This document shows positions 1 to 8,299 of a stretch of 32,000 nt of DNA, in pieces. Both the position numbers and the translations under genes were made by a program. Under the pieces are notes generated by a model. It was not told the DNA's origin and ran no database searches. It was given only the letters and a program-made list of their open reading frames with translations. The stretch comes from Erysipelothrix inopinata (GTDB lineage: Bacteria > Bacillota_I > Bacilli_A > Erysipelotrichales > Erysipelotrichaceae). Where the stretch lies: NCBI RefSeq assembly GCF_014396165.1, contig NZ_CP060715.1, positions 1,560,001 to 1,592,000 on the forward strand. Direction: 5' to 3'. How positions within the stretch are numbered: the stretch's first letter is position 1; the number at the start of each line of letters is the position of its first letter.

Positions 1-378
1 GAAACAACTGTTAATTTATGTGGAGATAGCTTTTATGAAATAACTGTGCCACTACTAGATAGTTCCAATGATTACATTCAATTTTATGCAATTTTAACGA
101 AAGACAGGATTATACTAACTGATGAAGGATACTATGTTTCCATGTTGGAAGTATATGAAATTCCAATAGAAAAACAACAACTCAATACAATCGAAACCAT
201 CTGTAAAAACAACGGTGTTCTGTTAGAAAACAAAGAAATTACTGTTTCTTTTTCGTTATCGGAAAGTTCAAGGAAAGGGCCAATCTACCAAGAATATATC
301 CATAAGATGATTCAAACAATTCTTCGAGTAGATGCCATGCACTTAGCTTCTAGAGGGAGAGTCAAATCTTTTTTATAA
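1..378 (+). CDS. DUF1828-like hypothetical protein, 5'-truncated by the window edge
   Basis: Frame 1 is open from nt 1 (ETTVNLCGDSFYEITVPLLD...) and runs into the tracked ORF 46..378. The stretch ..NDYIQFYAIL..ILTDEGYY.. resembles DUF1828-family proteins as I remember them. No search was possible. Confidence 0.45.
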   Translation, partial: ETTVNLCGDSFYEITVPLLDSSNDYIQFYAILTKDRIILTDEGYYVSMLEVYEIPIEKQQLNTIETICKNNGVLLENKEITVSFSLSESSRKGPIYQEYIHKMIQTILRVDAMHLASRGRVKSFL

Positions 379-548
379 TGATGTAATCGCGTCCTTGGAT
401 TCAACCAACGGTAACAAAATAGATAAAGAAGCTTTTTTGGTTTTAAAAATTATGGTATTAAGATTATTTCTAAGAGCGTTCAACAAGGAAAATCCACCGA
501 TTTTTATAATTAATTAGGTGGATATTATAATGCATGTATATAAATTGT

Positions 549-561
549 TTGTATCATACAA
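549..561. promoter_or_regulatory. Perfect 6-1-6 palindrome TTGTATcATACAA, a candidate operator for the downstream RHH antitoxin
   Basis: The palindrome was read directly. It lies between a TATAAT hexamer (526..531) and the antitoxin start (596). RHH antitoxins typically autoregulate through palindromic operators. Confidence 0.3.
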
Positions 562-595
562 TTGTAGTGTAATGTGTTTGAGAGGAAGTGACACT

Positions 596-823
596 ATGTG
601 TGTAATCAGCGTTAGAACAACAGAAGAAGAAAGAAACATGATTAAAACATATGCTGAATTTTTTGGTATGACACTTAGTGAATTCGTAAAAACATCAGCA
701 ATTGAGAAAATTGAAGATTTATTAGATTTACAGGCAATCGAGGAATATGAAAAATATATCAGGCAAGGTAATAATAAGATTGTTGCTCATGATGACATAT
801 TAAGTGAGGCAGGACTTAAATGA
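596..823 (+). CDS. Ribbon-helix-helix type II antitoxin (RelB/CopG/DUF6290-like)
   Basis: The sequence MCVISVRTTEEERNMIKTYAEFFGMTLSEFVKTSAIEKIEDLLDL..EEYEKY....HDDILSEAGLK matches the DUF6290/RelB antitoxin pattern (beta-strand, then ..SEF.. helix, then EKIED). I chose the internal ATG at 596, which is preceded by GAGAGGAAG, over the tracked start at 518. Confidence 0.65.
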   Translation: MCVISVRTTEEERNMIKTYAEFFGMTLSEFVKTSAIEKIEDLLDLQAIEEYEKYIRQGNNKIVAHDDILSEAGLK

Positions 824-972
824 CCTTTAAACTAAGAAATGAAGGTAAGGCGAAAAAAAAGTGTATGTTAAAAAAAATGAGTTTCAAAATAATGATATAA
901 TTAGATTAAGAAAGATTAATTAATATAGTTGTGGTGAAATTCTTTAATTGCAAATAGACGGGAGGATTTAGA

Positions 973-1365
973 ATGAAAAAGAGATTGATTGCAATTTTAG
1001 TATTACTACTTTTAGCGGGATGTGGCACCAGCAAGTCATTCAAAGAAGAAATAAATAATCAGGAAATATCTTTCGTCAATGTTTTTTTACTTCACGAGAA
1101 TGTTGGAAAAAAATTATACGAAAATGACTATGATGAGTTTATGACATTTCTTAATACAATTGATGCGGATAATATAAATAAAGACGATTATATCCAATCT
1201 GTAGGTCATTACTACTATTTTGAAATTGTACTGAAAAATGGAAAAGTTATTATTTATAATGGTGATGATTATATAACCATTAATGATAAAATTTATAAAA
1301 TTAATAATGTTGATTCTGTTAGAGAAAAAGCTGACAGTATTACAAAGGTGAAATTTGGGATTTAA
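973..1365 (+). CDS. Lipoprotein of unknown function
   Basis: The signal peptide has a lipobox (MKKRLIAILVLLLLAGC, LLAG|C). A GGGAGG RBS lies 7 nt upstream, and a strong terminator follows. Confidence 0.7.
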   Translation: MKKRLIAILVLLLLAGCGTSKSFKEEINNQEISFVNVFLLHENVGKKLYENDYDEFMTFLNTIDADNINKDDYIQSVGHYYYFEIVLKNGKVIIYNGDDYITINDKIYKINNVDSVREKADSITKVKFGI

Positions 1366-1390
1366 ATTCAATACTGATTCAAGCACAGCC

Positions 1391-1440
1391 AAACACAAAG
1401 GCCTCTTCGATTTTAAATTTTGAGGTCTTTGTGTTTTATT
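1391..1440 (+). terminator. Rho-independent terminator
   Basis: A 15-bp stem, AAACACAAAGGCCTC / GAGGTCTTTGTGTTT with one G-U pair, is followed by a T-rich tail. Confidence 0.6.
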
Positions 1441-1532
1441 ATACTTACATTACGATTTTGCGAGTTTTGAGATGTGATAATCGGTTTACACACTAATAAT
1501 TTAGTTGGAAACCTTCTTAAAGCGCAATCTCC

Positions 1533-1561
1533 TTGCTTTTAAAGAAAGGAATCGTTATGAT
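1533..1561 (+). promoter_or_regulatory. Candidate sigma-A promoter for the riboswitch/ykoFEDC transcript
   Basis: TTGCTT, an exact 17-nt spacer, then TATGAT. The predicted start falls a few nt before the riboswitch P1 stem. Confidence 0.4.
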
Positions 1562-1660
1562 AGTGGCGAACGGTATCGGGGTGCCTTAACTGGCTGAGAT
1601 TAAACCCGTATAACTTGATCTGGTTTGTACCAGCGAAAGGAGTACCATTTCGTACACCAT
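1560..1660 (+). promoter_or_regulatory. TPP (THI-box) riboswitch
   Basis: The conserved core was read directly: ..CGGGGTGCC..CTGAGATTAAACCC..AACTTGATCTGGTTTGTACCAGCGAAAGGAG... It contains the GGGGTGC, CTGAGA, ACCC and TGATCTGG..CCAGCG.AGGA elements. It sits immediately upstream of a ykoF-type thiamine/HMP transport operon. Confidence 0.9.
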
Positions 1661-1707
1661 ATTTTTGTGCGCAACGGGCTTCTTTCAGAAATGGAAGGAG
1701 TTTTTTT

Positions 1708-2322
1708 ATGATAGAACGTTCAAATGATTTACAATGCGGTTTAGGAAGTACACAAATCACAGGGTGTCGCATTGCCTTGCATCCAATGACGGATGATTTT
1801 GTGGATGTAATATTAGGGGGGCTTGCCAAGACAGACATGAGTTCTGTATGGAGAGCAACTGATTCGTTAGGAACACTTCTGAGAGGACAGATGATTGACT
1901 TGGTGAATACGTCAATGTTGTTATTTGCAAATGCATATCGTGAAGATATTCATATGGCGGCAAGCATGACTTATTCCAAAGGGTGTCCAGGAGATGTTGA
2001 AGCTGACTATCTGAAAGATGTAACACCTCGTAATGAGTGGGTGCGTACAGATAATGATAGTCAGATGTGTGAAGCAACAATTTCATTCTATACTTTTGGG
2101 GTGAGTAATTATATGGATCATATTTATCATGTGATTGATATGATTAAAGAAAAGGGATTATACTCAGAAAAAAGGCACTATTCCACGATTCTTTCTGGAA
2201 GTATTTATGATGTCTTCCATTGCTATCAAGATATTTTAGAATATGCTGATGCGAATTTAAGTCATTTTGTAATCGAAACTACGGTCTCGGTCAACAGTCC
2301 GTCAAATAAAGGGGAGAAATAA
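1708..2322 (+). CDS. ykoF: HMP/thiamine-binding protein YkoF
   Basis: MIERSN..ITGCRIALHPMTDDFVDVIL..GCPGD..VSVNSPSNKGEK matches B. subtilis YkoF landmarks (YPMTDDF, GCPGD, NSPS.K). I chose the start at 1708, with a GGAAGGAG RBS 7 nt upstream. The tracked start at 1615 lies inside the riboswitch. Confidence 0.85.
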   Translation: MIERSNDLQCGLGSTQITGCRIALHPMTDDFVDVILGGLAKTDMSSVWRATDSLGTLLRGQMIDLVNTSMLLFANAYREDIHMAASMTYSKGCPGDVEADYLKDVTPRNEWVRTDNDSQMCEATISFYTFGVSNYMDHIYHVIDMIKEKGLYSEKRHYSTILSGSIYDVFHCYQDILEYADANLSHFVIETTVSVNSPSNKGEK

Positions 2323-2324
2323 CA

Positions 2325-2897
2325 ATGAATTGGAAATTAAAAGATGTTGTCATGGTGGGGTTGATTTCAGTAACATTTGCAGTGGTTTACTTAGGGTTTG
2401 TCTACTTTGCTTCGTTTCTAAAACCAATTCTTGCACCATTCGGTTTGGAACCATTTGCTAATGAACTTGTATTTGGAGTTTGGTTTATGGCCTCAACACT
2501 TGCTGCTTATATTATGAGAAAACCAGGTGTTGCAGTTATCTCGGAAATGTTAGCTGCACTAATCGAAGTATTGATGGGTAATTTCTATGGACCTATGGTA
2601 TTTGTCTCAGGATTTATACAAGGTTTAGGAGCCGAGTGTGGCTTTGCCATGTTCCGTTATAAAAAATTTGATATGACTAGCCTCATGAGCGCATCCATTC
2701 TTAGCGCAGTATTTAGCTTCGTATGGGGTTTTTTCAGAAATTCTTATAGTGGCTTAGCGTGGTGGTATGTGCTTGCAATGCTAGCTGTTCGTATCATATC
2801 TTCAATGATCTTCTCAGGACTTATCGTCAAACGCATCGGTGATGGTTTAAAGCGTAGTGGTGCGGTATCAAGTTATCCTATCGCAACTGAAAATTAG
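2325..2897 (+). CDS. ykoE: ECF transporter substrate-specific (S) component, YkoE family
   Basis: A 190-aa polytopic membrane protein in the second position of a ykoFEDC-ordered operon. Its stop abuts the ykoD ATG (TAGATG). Confidence 0.75.
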   Translation: MNWKLKDVVMVGLISVTFAVVYLGFVYFASFLKPILAPFGLEPFANELVFGVWFMASTLAAYIMRKPGVAVISEMLAALIEVLMGNFYGPMVFVSGFIQGLGAECGFAMFRYKKFDMTSLMSASILSAVFSFVWGFFRNSYSGLAWWYVLAMLAVRIISSMIFSGLIVKRIGDGLKRSGAVSSYPIATEN

Positions 2898-4172
2898 ATG
2901 ATTGATTTAAAATCAGTCTCACACAAATATAAGGATCGTGCTGTTTTGAATGAAATGAGTTACCACTTCGAAGTTGGAAAAACTTATTATATTTCAGGAA
3001 AATCAGGATGCGGCAAAAGTACGCTGGGAATGATTTTATCCGGACTTCTTGAACCTTCTGAGGGTGATGTCACTTTGAAGGGGCAATCTGCTGTGATGTT
3101 TCAAAATCCAGACTTACAATTTTGTATGGATACTGTCTATCGAGAGTTGATATTTGTTCTCGAGAATAAAAATGTTGATATCATGGTCATGGATAGTTTA
3201 ATTGATGATGTCTTAAAAAGCGTCAACGCCACTCATTTAAAGCACCAGAAATTAGTGACTTTATCAGGTGGAGAAAAGCAAAGAATCGCTCTGGCAAGTG
3301 CTTTCTTGATGGATACTTCGATTTTAATTCTTGATGAACCGTTCGCAAGTTTAGATCAAAGTGCGTCTCAAGAACTTCTGGAGCTGTTGAACACGTATCG
3401 TAAACATAAACAGATAACATTGATTGTGATTGATCATCTTCATCATTATTACGATTCGATGATTGACGTTTATTTAAAAATTGTAGATGGAAATCTCTGT
3501 GAAGGATTAGATGATGACGTTGTAGAATCTGTCATCAATGTTTCACCTCAATATTGCGAAAAAGCTGTACTTAATTATGAGAATGTATCCATATCGTATA
3601 ACGATAGAGCTGTCGTAAGTCATGCGAATTTCACGATTAATTCTGGAGAATGTGTTGCTTTGGTAGGTGACAGTGGGAGTGGTAAATCATCACTCCTACG
3701 TATTCTTTTGAAGCTTGTGAAGTATGATGGAAATGTTTGGTTAGATACAGCCAACCTTAAAAAGTATCGTGGTAAGATGGGATATCTCTTTCAAAACCCT
3801 CGTGACCAGTTTCTTTTTGCAAGTGTTTATGATGAAATCTATAAAACCTGTTTTGATGAGAGTTTAACGAAGGAATGTTTGAAATCACTTAATTTGTGGG
3901 AGCATCGTGACGAATCACCTTTTAATTTGAGTCAAGGGCAACAACGTCGCTTAGCATTAGGAATTGTCTTTGTGACGCAAGCACCAATAATGGTTTTGGA
4001 TGAACCGACGTTTGGTCAAGATCGAAACAGTGCTATTGTAATTATGAACATGATTGCGCAACATTGTAGTAAGAATCACTCTACGGTGATCTTTACAAGT
4101 CATGATCCTTGGATTGTTGATAATTATGCAACCCGAGTTATTAGGATTGGAGAAATCCAACATGAATCTTAA
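2898..4172 (+). CDS. ykoD: ECF transporter fused double ATPase (YkoD-like, two ABC cassettes)
   Basis: There are two full cassette sets. The first is GKSGCGKST / LSGGEKQRIALA / ILILDEP. The second is GDSGSGKSS / LSQGQQRRLALG / IMVLDEP. Confidence 0.85.
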   Translation: MIDLKSVSHKYKDRAVLNEMSYHFEVGKTYYISGKSGCGKSTLGMILSGLLEPSEGDVTLKGQSAVMFQNPDLQFCMDTVYRELIFVLENKNVDIMVMDSLIDDVLKSVNATHLKHQKLVTLSGGEKQRIALASAFLMDTSILILDEPFASLDQSASQELLELLNTYRKHKQITLIVIDHLHHYYDSMIDVYLKIVDGNLCEGLDDDVVESVINVSPQYCEKAVLNYENVSISYNDRAVVSHANFTINSGECVALVGDSGSGKSSLLRILLKLVKYDGNVWLDTANLKKYRGKMGYLFQNPRDQFLFASVYDEIYKTCFDESLTKECLKSLNLWEHRDESPFNLSQGQQRRLALGIVFVTQAPIMVLDEPTFGQDRNSAIVIMNMIAQHCSKNHSTVIFTSHDPWIVDNYATRVIRIGEIQHES

Positions 4173-4868
4173 AAAGCTTAATCCAACGGTAAAATTTCTC
4201 GTAATTCTTGTTTGGGGCATCATTTTAACCTTTACGAATTCTTATCAACTCAATCTTATCCTGAGTGGTGTCTTTGTGGTATTACTTCTTATATCAGGCG
4301 TTTTATTAAGACGCATTTTGAAAATATATATTCCAGTTTGCGTTGCGGCGGGGGGGTCTTCATGACCGCCATGCTCTTCTCACAACAATCATCTGATGTA
4401 GTAACTCAGTCTCATGCCATTGTGAACTATGATTACGCATTGATGATTGCAACGAGGGTATTACTCTTTGCAAATTTGGGGATGTTGTTTTCTTGCACGA
4501 CCGACAATTTGGAGTTTGTTTACTCTCTAAGAGACCAATTGAAGCTTCCTAATGTCTTCGTATATGGAATTCTCGCAACCTTTAATCTCTTGCCATTAAT
4601 CAAAGATGAAGCAAAAAAGAACTATGCATCATTTCAAGCTCGAGGACAAAAGACTTGGAGATTTTCATCAAAGGTGCTGACACCACTGTTTATTAAAACA
4701 ATTCTTTACTCAGATCAAATAACTTTAGCGATGAGGTCAAAAGGATTTGATGAAGAGGGACAGCGAAGTGAGTATACAAAGATTGAAGTAGCACCCAAAG
4801 ATTGGATATGGGCAGTATCATTCTCTTTATTTTTAATAATCTCAACTTTCTATATCACTAAACGATAA
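4162..4868 (+). pseudogene. ykoC: ECF transporter T component (YkoC/EcfT-like), split by a frameshift in a G7 run
   Basis: Frame 1, MNLKKLNPTVKFLVILVWG...VCVAAGG, stops at 4363..4365. Frame 3 continues with GGGVFMTAMLF... to 4868 and carries the EcfT-type motifs (FQARGQK, AMRSKGF). The switch point is G7 at 4350..4356. One extra G would give a continuous reading frame of about 235 aa. Confidence 0.75.
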
Positions 4869-4872
4869 AAAC

Positions 4873-4916
4873 AGAGCCTACAAGCAAATCTTAGGATACT
4901 TGTAGGTTCTATTTTT
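4873..4916. terminator. Bidirectional rho-independent terminator
   Basis: The stem is CCTACAAG / CTTGTAGG, extendable to about 12 bp. A-runs lie on the left and T-runs on the right. It sits between convergent genes. Confidence 0.55.
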
Positions 4917-4931
4917 AGGTAGATAGAAGTG

Positions 4932-5171
4932 TCACTTAGAGTTGTTGGATTTAAAGTTGTTTATGATTATGACGATAAATGCAACAAACACGAAATTGAT
5001 GATAATTTCTCTTAAAATCGTAACGATAGAAATCGTTGGAAACTGAGGTATAATATGTCGAATGGCTGCGTTTTCACTGAGAAGACTATAAATATCGATA
5101 AACGATAGTATAACAGTTGAAAGTGCAATTGTAACTAAAGATTTAATAGTAAAATGAGTTTTATTGTTCAT
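4932..5171 (-). CDS. Small two-TM membrane protein, unknown function
   Basis: 79 aa with two hydrophobic segments. An AAGGAG RBS lies 7 nt upstream on the minus strand, and a terminator lies downstream. Confidence 0.55.
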   Translation of the reverse strand: MNNKTHFTIKSLVTIALSTVILSFIDIYSLLSENAAIRHIIPQFPTISIVTILREIIINFVFVAFIVIIINNFKSNNSK

Positions 5172-5347
5172 AACGAGGCTCCTTTCTATTGATACGAACT
5201 CACTACCTATTCTTACTTATATTATAAGGTGAACGAGGATTAAAGTAAATTTGACTTTGAATAAAGTGGATTTTTTGATTTATATTAATGAGGTAAATTT
5301 TCGCAGCTATATAATACGTGGTAGAATATATGTGAAGAGGTGAAATA

Positions 5348-5815
5348 ATGTTTGAATCTTTAAAAACATATCGTATTTTTACTGAGGAATGGATTGATAC
5401 ATTAGAGCTTGATTTTTTTGCTTACACTTATGAAGATGGAAAGTGTTCGTGCTGTCATGACGTGTATGATCTCAGTGAAAAAAACTGGCGTGGTGGACTA
5501 AAAAAAATGCCTTCAGAAAATCCAAAGTGGATGTTGTTCAATAATGCTGATAATCTCGTAGGGGAAGTTAATGAATCGATGTTTATTAATGCTTATACCT
5601 TCATTCGATTCTCAGATAATTTGAATGATACTGAGCAATTGACGCATATTGTGAATAGTTTGCAACAACTCCTTGGTGATGCTTACAAATTGGATCTGGA
5701 GAGTTCGGGTCTCTCTATTTTGTTTGTAAATGATCGAAACGATTCTCAATTCATATCCGTTAAGGAATATAATGAAGCCTTTCGGAGTGAATGTGGATTA
5801 AGATATTACACTTAA
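5348..5815 (+). CDS. Hypothetical cytoplasmic protein with a C-x-CC cluster
   Basis: A 155-aa ORF with a GAAGAGGTG RBS. I recognise no family. Confidence 0.55.
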   Translation: MFESLKTYRIFTEEWIDTLELDFFAYTYEDGKCSCCHDVYDLSEKNWRGGLKKMPSENPKWMLFNNADNLVGEVNESMFINAYTFIRFSDNLNDTEQLTHIVNSLQQLLGDAYKLDLESSGLSILFVNDRNDSQFISVKEYNEAFRSECGLRYYT

Positions 5816-5872
5816 GGCGTGTATTTTTAAAGGTTTTAACGTATAATAGCTAAGTAAAGAGAGTGGGTAAGT

Positions 5873-7612
5873 ATGTCATTATTAAGCGAATTACAAAAAA
5901 TAGTTGCATCAAGTTATGCAGCAGCAGGTTATGAGGGATTCGGAACTGTCTCGGAATCAAAACGTCCAGACTTATGCCAATTCCAGTCTAATGATGCTTT
6001 TGCAATTGCAAAGCAGTTTAAAACAAATCCAAAAGAAGTCTGTGAGAAAGTCATAAAAATTCTTGAAGAGAACATGATTATTGATCAGGTTGTTTTTGCG
6101 CCTCCAGGGTTTATTAATATTTCTGTAACTGATGAATATCTTGTAGGTATGTTACATGAAATGTTGGATGATACACATCTTGCTATTGATCAAAGTGGTA
6201 TGGGTCAAAGCATTGTGATGGACTACGGTGGACCTAACGTGGCGAAACCACTTCACGTAGGCCATTTACGTTCTGCAGTCATCGGTGAGTCCATTAAGAG
6301 AATTGCTCGTACGGTAGGCTATAATGTTATCTCTGATGTTCATTTAGGGGATTGGGGATTACCATTAGGTCTTGTAATCACTGAACTCAAATTGAGACAC
6401 CCAGAATGGGATTGTTTCCAAGATGGTTTTGATGCGGATCATGATGATACCATTACAATTACACCAGAGTTATTGTATGAGGTATATCCGACTGCAAGTG
6501 CGAAATCCAAAGAGGACGAAGTTTATTTAGCTCAAGCACGTGAAATTACAGCACAACTTCAAAATGGTCATCCAGGATATCGATTATTATGGAATATTAT
6601 TGTCGAAACTTCGAAAATGGATATTCGTAAAGATTATGAAAAACTAGGTGTTGATTTTGAATATTGGTATGGCGAAAGTGATGCAGATGCATACATTCCA
6701 GGATTAATGGACACACTTAAAGATAAAGAACTTCTTCGCGAAAGTGATGGTGCTTTAGTTGTGGATGTTGTGACGGATGAGGATAAAAAACCAATGCCAC
6801 CAGTGATTGTTCAGAAAAAAGACGGATCCAGTATCTATGCTACAACTGACCTCGCAACAATTGTACAAAGACAACAAGATTTCCATCCAAATAAGATTTG
6901 GTATATCGTTGATAAAAGACAAGGATTACACTTTGAACAAGTATTCCGTGTTGCCCGTAAAGCTGACTTAGTAGATGCAGATGCGGAATTTTCATTCTTA
7001 GGATTTGGTACAATGAACGGTCCCGATGGAAAACCATTTAAAACACGTGATGGTGGAATTATGAGTCTTTCATCACTTCTAGGTTCGGTTCAACAAACAT
7101 CTTTTGATAAATTAAAAGCAACTCAAGAAAATCCAAGTGAGCAAGATGCCTTGAACATTGGTGTTGCAGCGATAAAATTTGGTGACTTAATTAACCACCC
7201 TACATCAGATTATGTTTTTGATATCGATAAATTCTTGTCATTCGAAGGAAAAACAGGAAGCTATATTCTCTATAACAATGTACGTATTGGTGCAGTCTTA
7301 GAGAAAATGAATGTTACTAAAACACTTCCTGTAACGCAAATTTCTGGAGAACATGATCGAAATCTTGTACTGAGACTTCTTAGAAATCCAGAAGTATTTG
7401 CTACATCATTTGCAAATCAAGCACCAAACGTGGTTGCAGAAGCAACTTACCAAATTGCTGTTTCCTTTGCAAAATTCTATACTGAAAATAATATCAGTAA
7501 AGAAGAAGATGAAACAACCAAGAATTCCTGGTTAGGATTACTTCAAGCAACTCAAAGAATTCTTGAATTTAATCTTGATAAGCTTGGAATTAATACAGTT
7601 TCCAAAATGTAA
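5873..7612 (+). CDS. argS: Arginine--tRNA ligase
   Basis: 579 aa. It has the class I HIGH-type motif in the ArgRS context (GGPNVAKPLHVGHLRSAVIGES) and an anticodon-binding C-terminus ending ...NTVSKM. Confidence 0.95.
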   Translation: MSLLSELQKIVASSYAAAGYEGFGTVSESKRPDLCQFQSNDAFAIAKQFKTNPKEVCEKVIKILEENMIIDQVVFAPPGFINISVTDEYLVGMLHEMLDDTHLAIDQSGMGQSIVMDYGGPNVAKPLHVGHLRSAVIGESIKRIARTVGYNVISDVHLGDWGLPLGLVITELKLRHPEWDCFQDGFDADHDDTITITPELLYEVYPTASAKSKEDEVYLAQAREITAQLQNGHPGYRLLWNIIVETSKMDIRKDYEKLGVDFEYWYGESDADAYIPGLMDTLKDKELLRESDGALVVDVVTDEDKKPMPPVIVQKKDGSSIYATTDLATIVQRQQDFHPNKIWYIVDKRQGLHFEQVFRVARKADLVDADAEFSFLGFGTMNGPDGKPFKTRDGGIMSLSSLLGSVQQTSFDKLKATQENPSEQDALNIGVAAIKFGDLINHPTSDYVFDIDKFLSFEGKTGSYILYNNVRIGAVLEKMNVTKTLPVTQISGEHDRNLVLRLLRNPEVFATSFANQAPNVVAEATYQIAVSFAKFYTENNISKEEDETTKNSWLGLLQATQRILEFNLDKLGINTVSKM

Positions 7613-7618
7613 TAAAAC

Positions 7619-7644
7619 TAAAGAAGTCTTCGGACTTCTTTTTC
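7619..7644 (+). terminator. Rho-independent terminator of argS
   Basis: AAGAAGTC ttcg GACTTCTT followed by TTTT. Confidence 0.7.
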
Positions 7645-7732
7645 GCAATTTTTTCCTAAGTGTTAGCACGAATTTTAATGTTAATACTATTAGAAATCGA
7701 ATATAATAGAAGTACAGTTTAGGGAGGCATTT

Positions 7733-8299
7733 ATGAATATAGCAGTATATTGTGGTGGTAGTTTAGGAAATAAAGATATTTATCAAGAAACAGCAATTAA
7801 ACTTGGTAAATGGTTTGGAACTCATAATTATGATTTGGTATACGGTGGTGGTAAAGTTGGGTTGATGGGTGTTTTGGCTACTGAAGTATTAAAACAAGGT
7901 CAAAATGCTATTGGAGTCATGCCACAATTTCTTGTTGATAAAGAAATTGCATTTGAAGATCTCACGGAACTTGTGATTGTTGAAGACATGCACATTCGTA
8001 AGAAAAAAATGATTGATTTAAGCCAAGCATATATTGCTTTACCTGGTGGACCCGGTACACTTGAAGAAATATCAGAAGTTATTTCATGGGCTCGTATTGG
8101 ACAGCATCAAAATCCATGCATTCTCTATAATGTTGATGGTTATTATAATTCACTAAAAACAATGTTTGAAACCATGGTTCACGAAGGATTCTTGACTCAA
8201 GAAGATCTCGATGCCATTCTATTCTCGGATAATCTTGATGAAATTTATACTTTTATTCGTGATTTCAAACCGACTGAGGTGCGTGTCTATGCTAAATAA
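7733..8299 (+). CDS. LOG-family (TIGR00730) Rossmann-fold nucleotide-binding protein
   Basis: It has the GGGKVGLMG and PGGPGTLEE motifs characteristic of the LOG/YvdD family, with a GGGAGG RBS. Confidence 0.85.
   Translation: MNIAVYCGGSLGNKDIYQETAIKLGKWFGTHNYDLVYGGGKVGLMGVLATEVLKQGQNAIGVMPQFLVDKEIAFEDLTELVIVEDMHIRKKKMIDLSQAYIALPGGPGTLEEISEVISWARIGQHQNPCILYNVDGYYNSLKTMFETMVHEGFLTQEDLDAILFSDNLDEIYTFIRDFKPTEVRVYAK

Noticed and set aside
1615-1707. N-terminal 31 codons of the tracked ORF 1615..2322
   Set aside because: This stretch is the TPP riboswitch and its expression platform. A strong RBS precedes the internal ATG at 1708, and the YkoF homology starts there.
1539-2086. Minus-strand ORFs 1539..1838 and 1757..2086
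   Set aside because: They are antisense shadows of the riboswitch and ykoF. They have no RBS and no recognisable protein features.
4102-4161. Upstream extension of the first ykoC fragment
   Set aside because: It lies inside ykoD in another frame. The ATG at 4162 (MNLKKLN..) gives the usual short overlap with ykoD.
5816-5872. T-box leader upstream of argS
   Set aside because: The gap is only 57 nt. I found no T-box sequence (..GGTGGTACCGCG..) or specifier-loop architecture here or in the preceding ORF.
8211-8288. Longer start for the proline iminopeptidase gene
   Set aside because: The extension overlaps the end of the LOG gene out of frame and encodes an implausible peptide. Homology begins at the Met at 8289.
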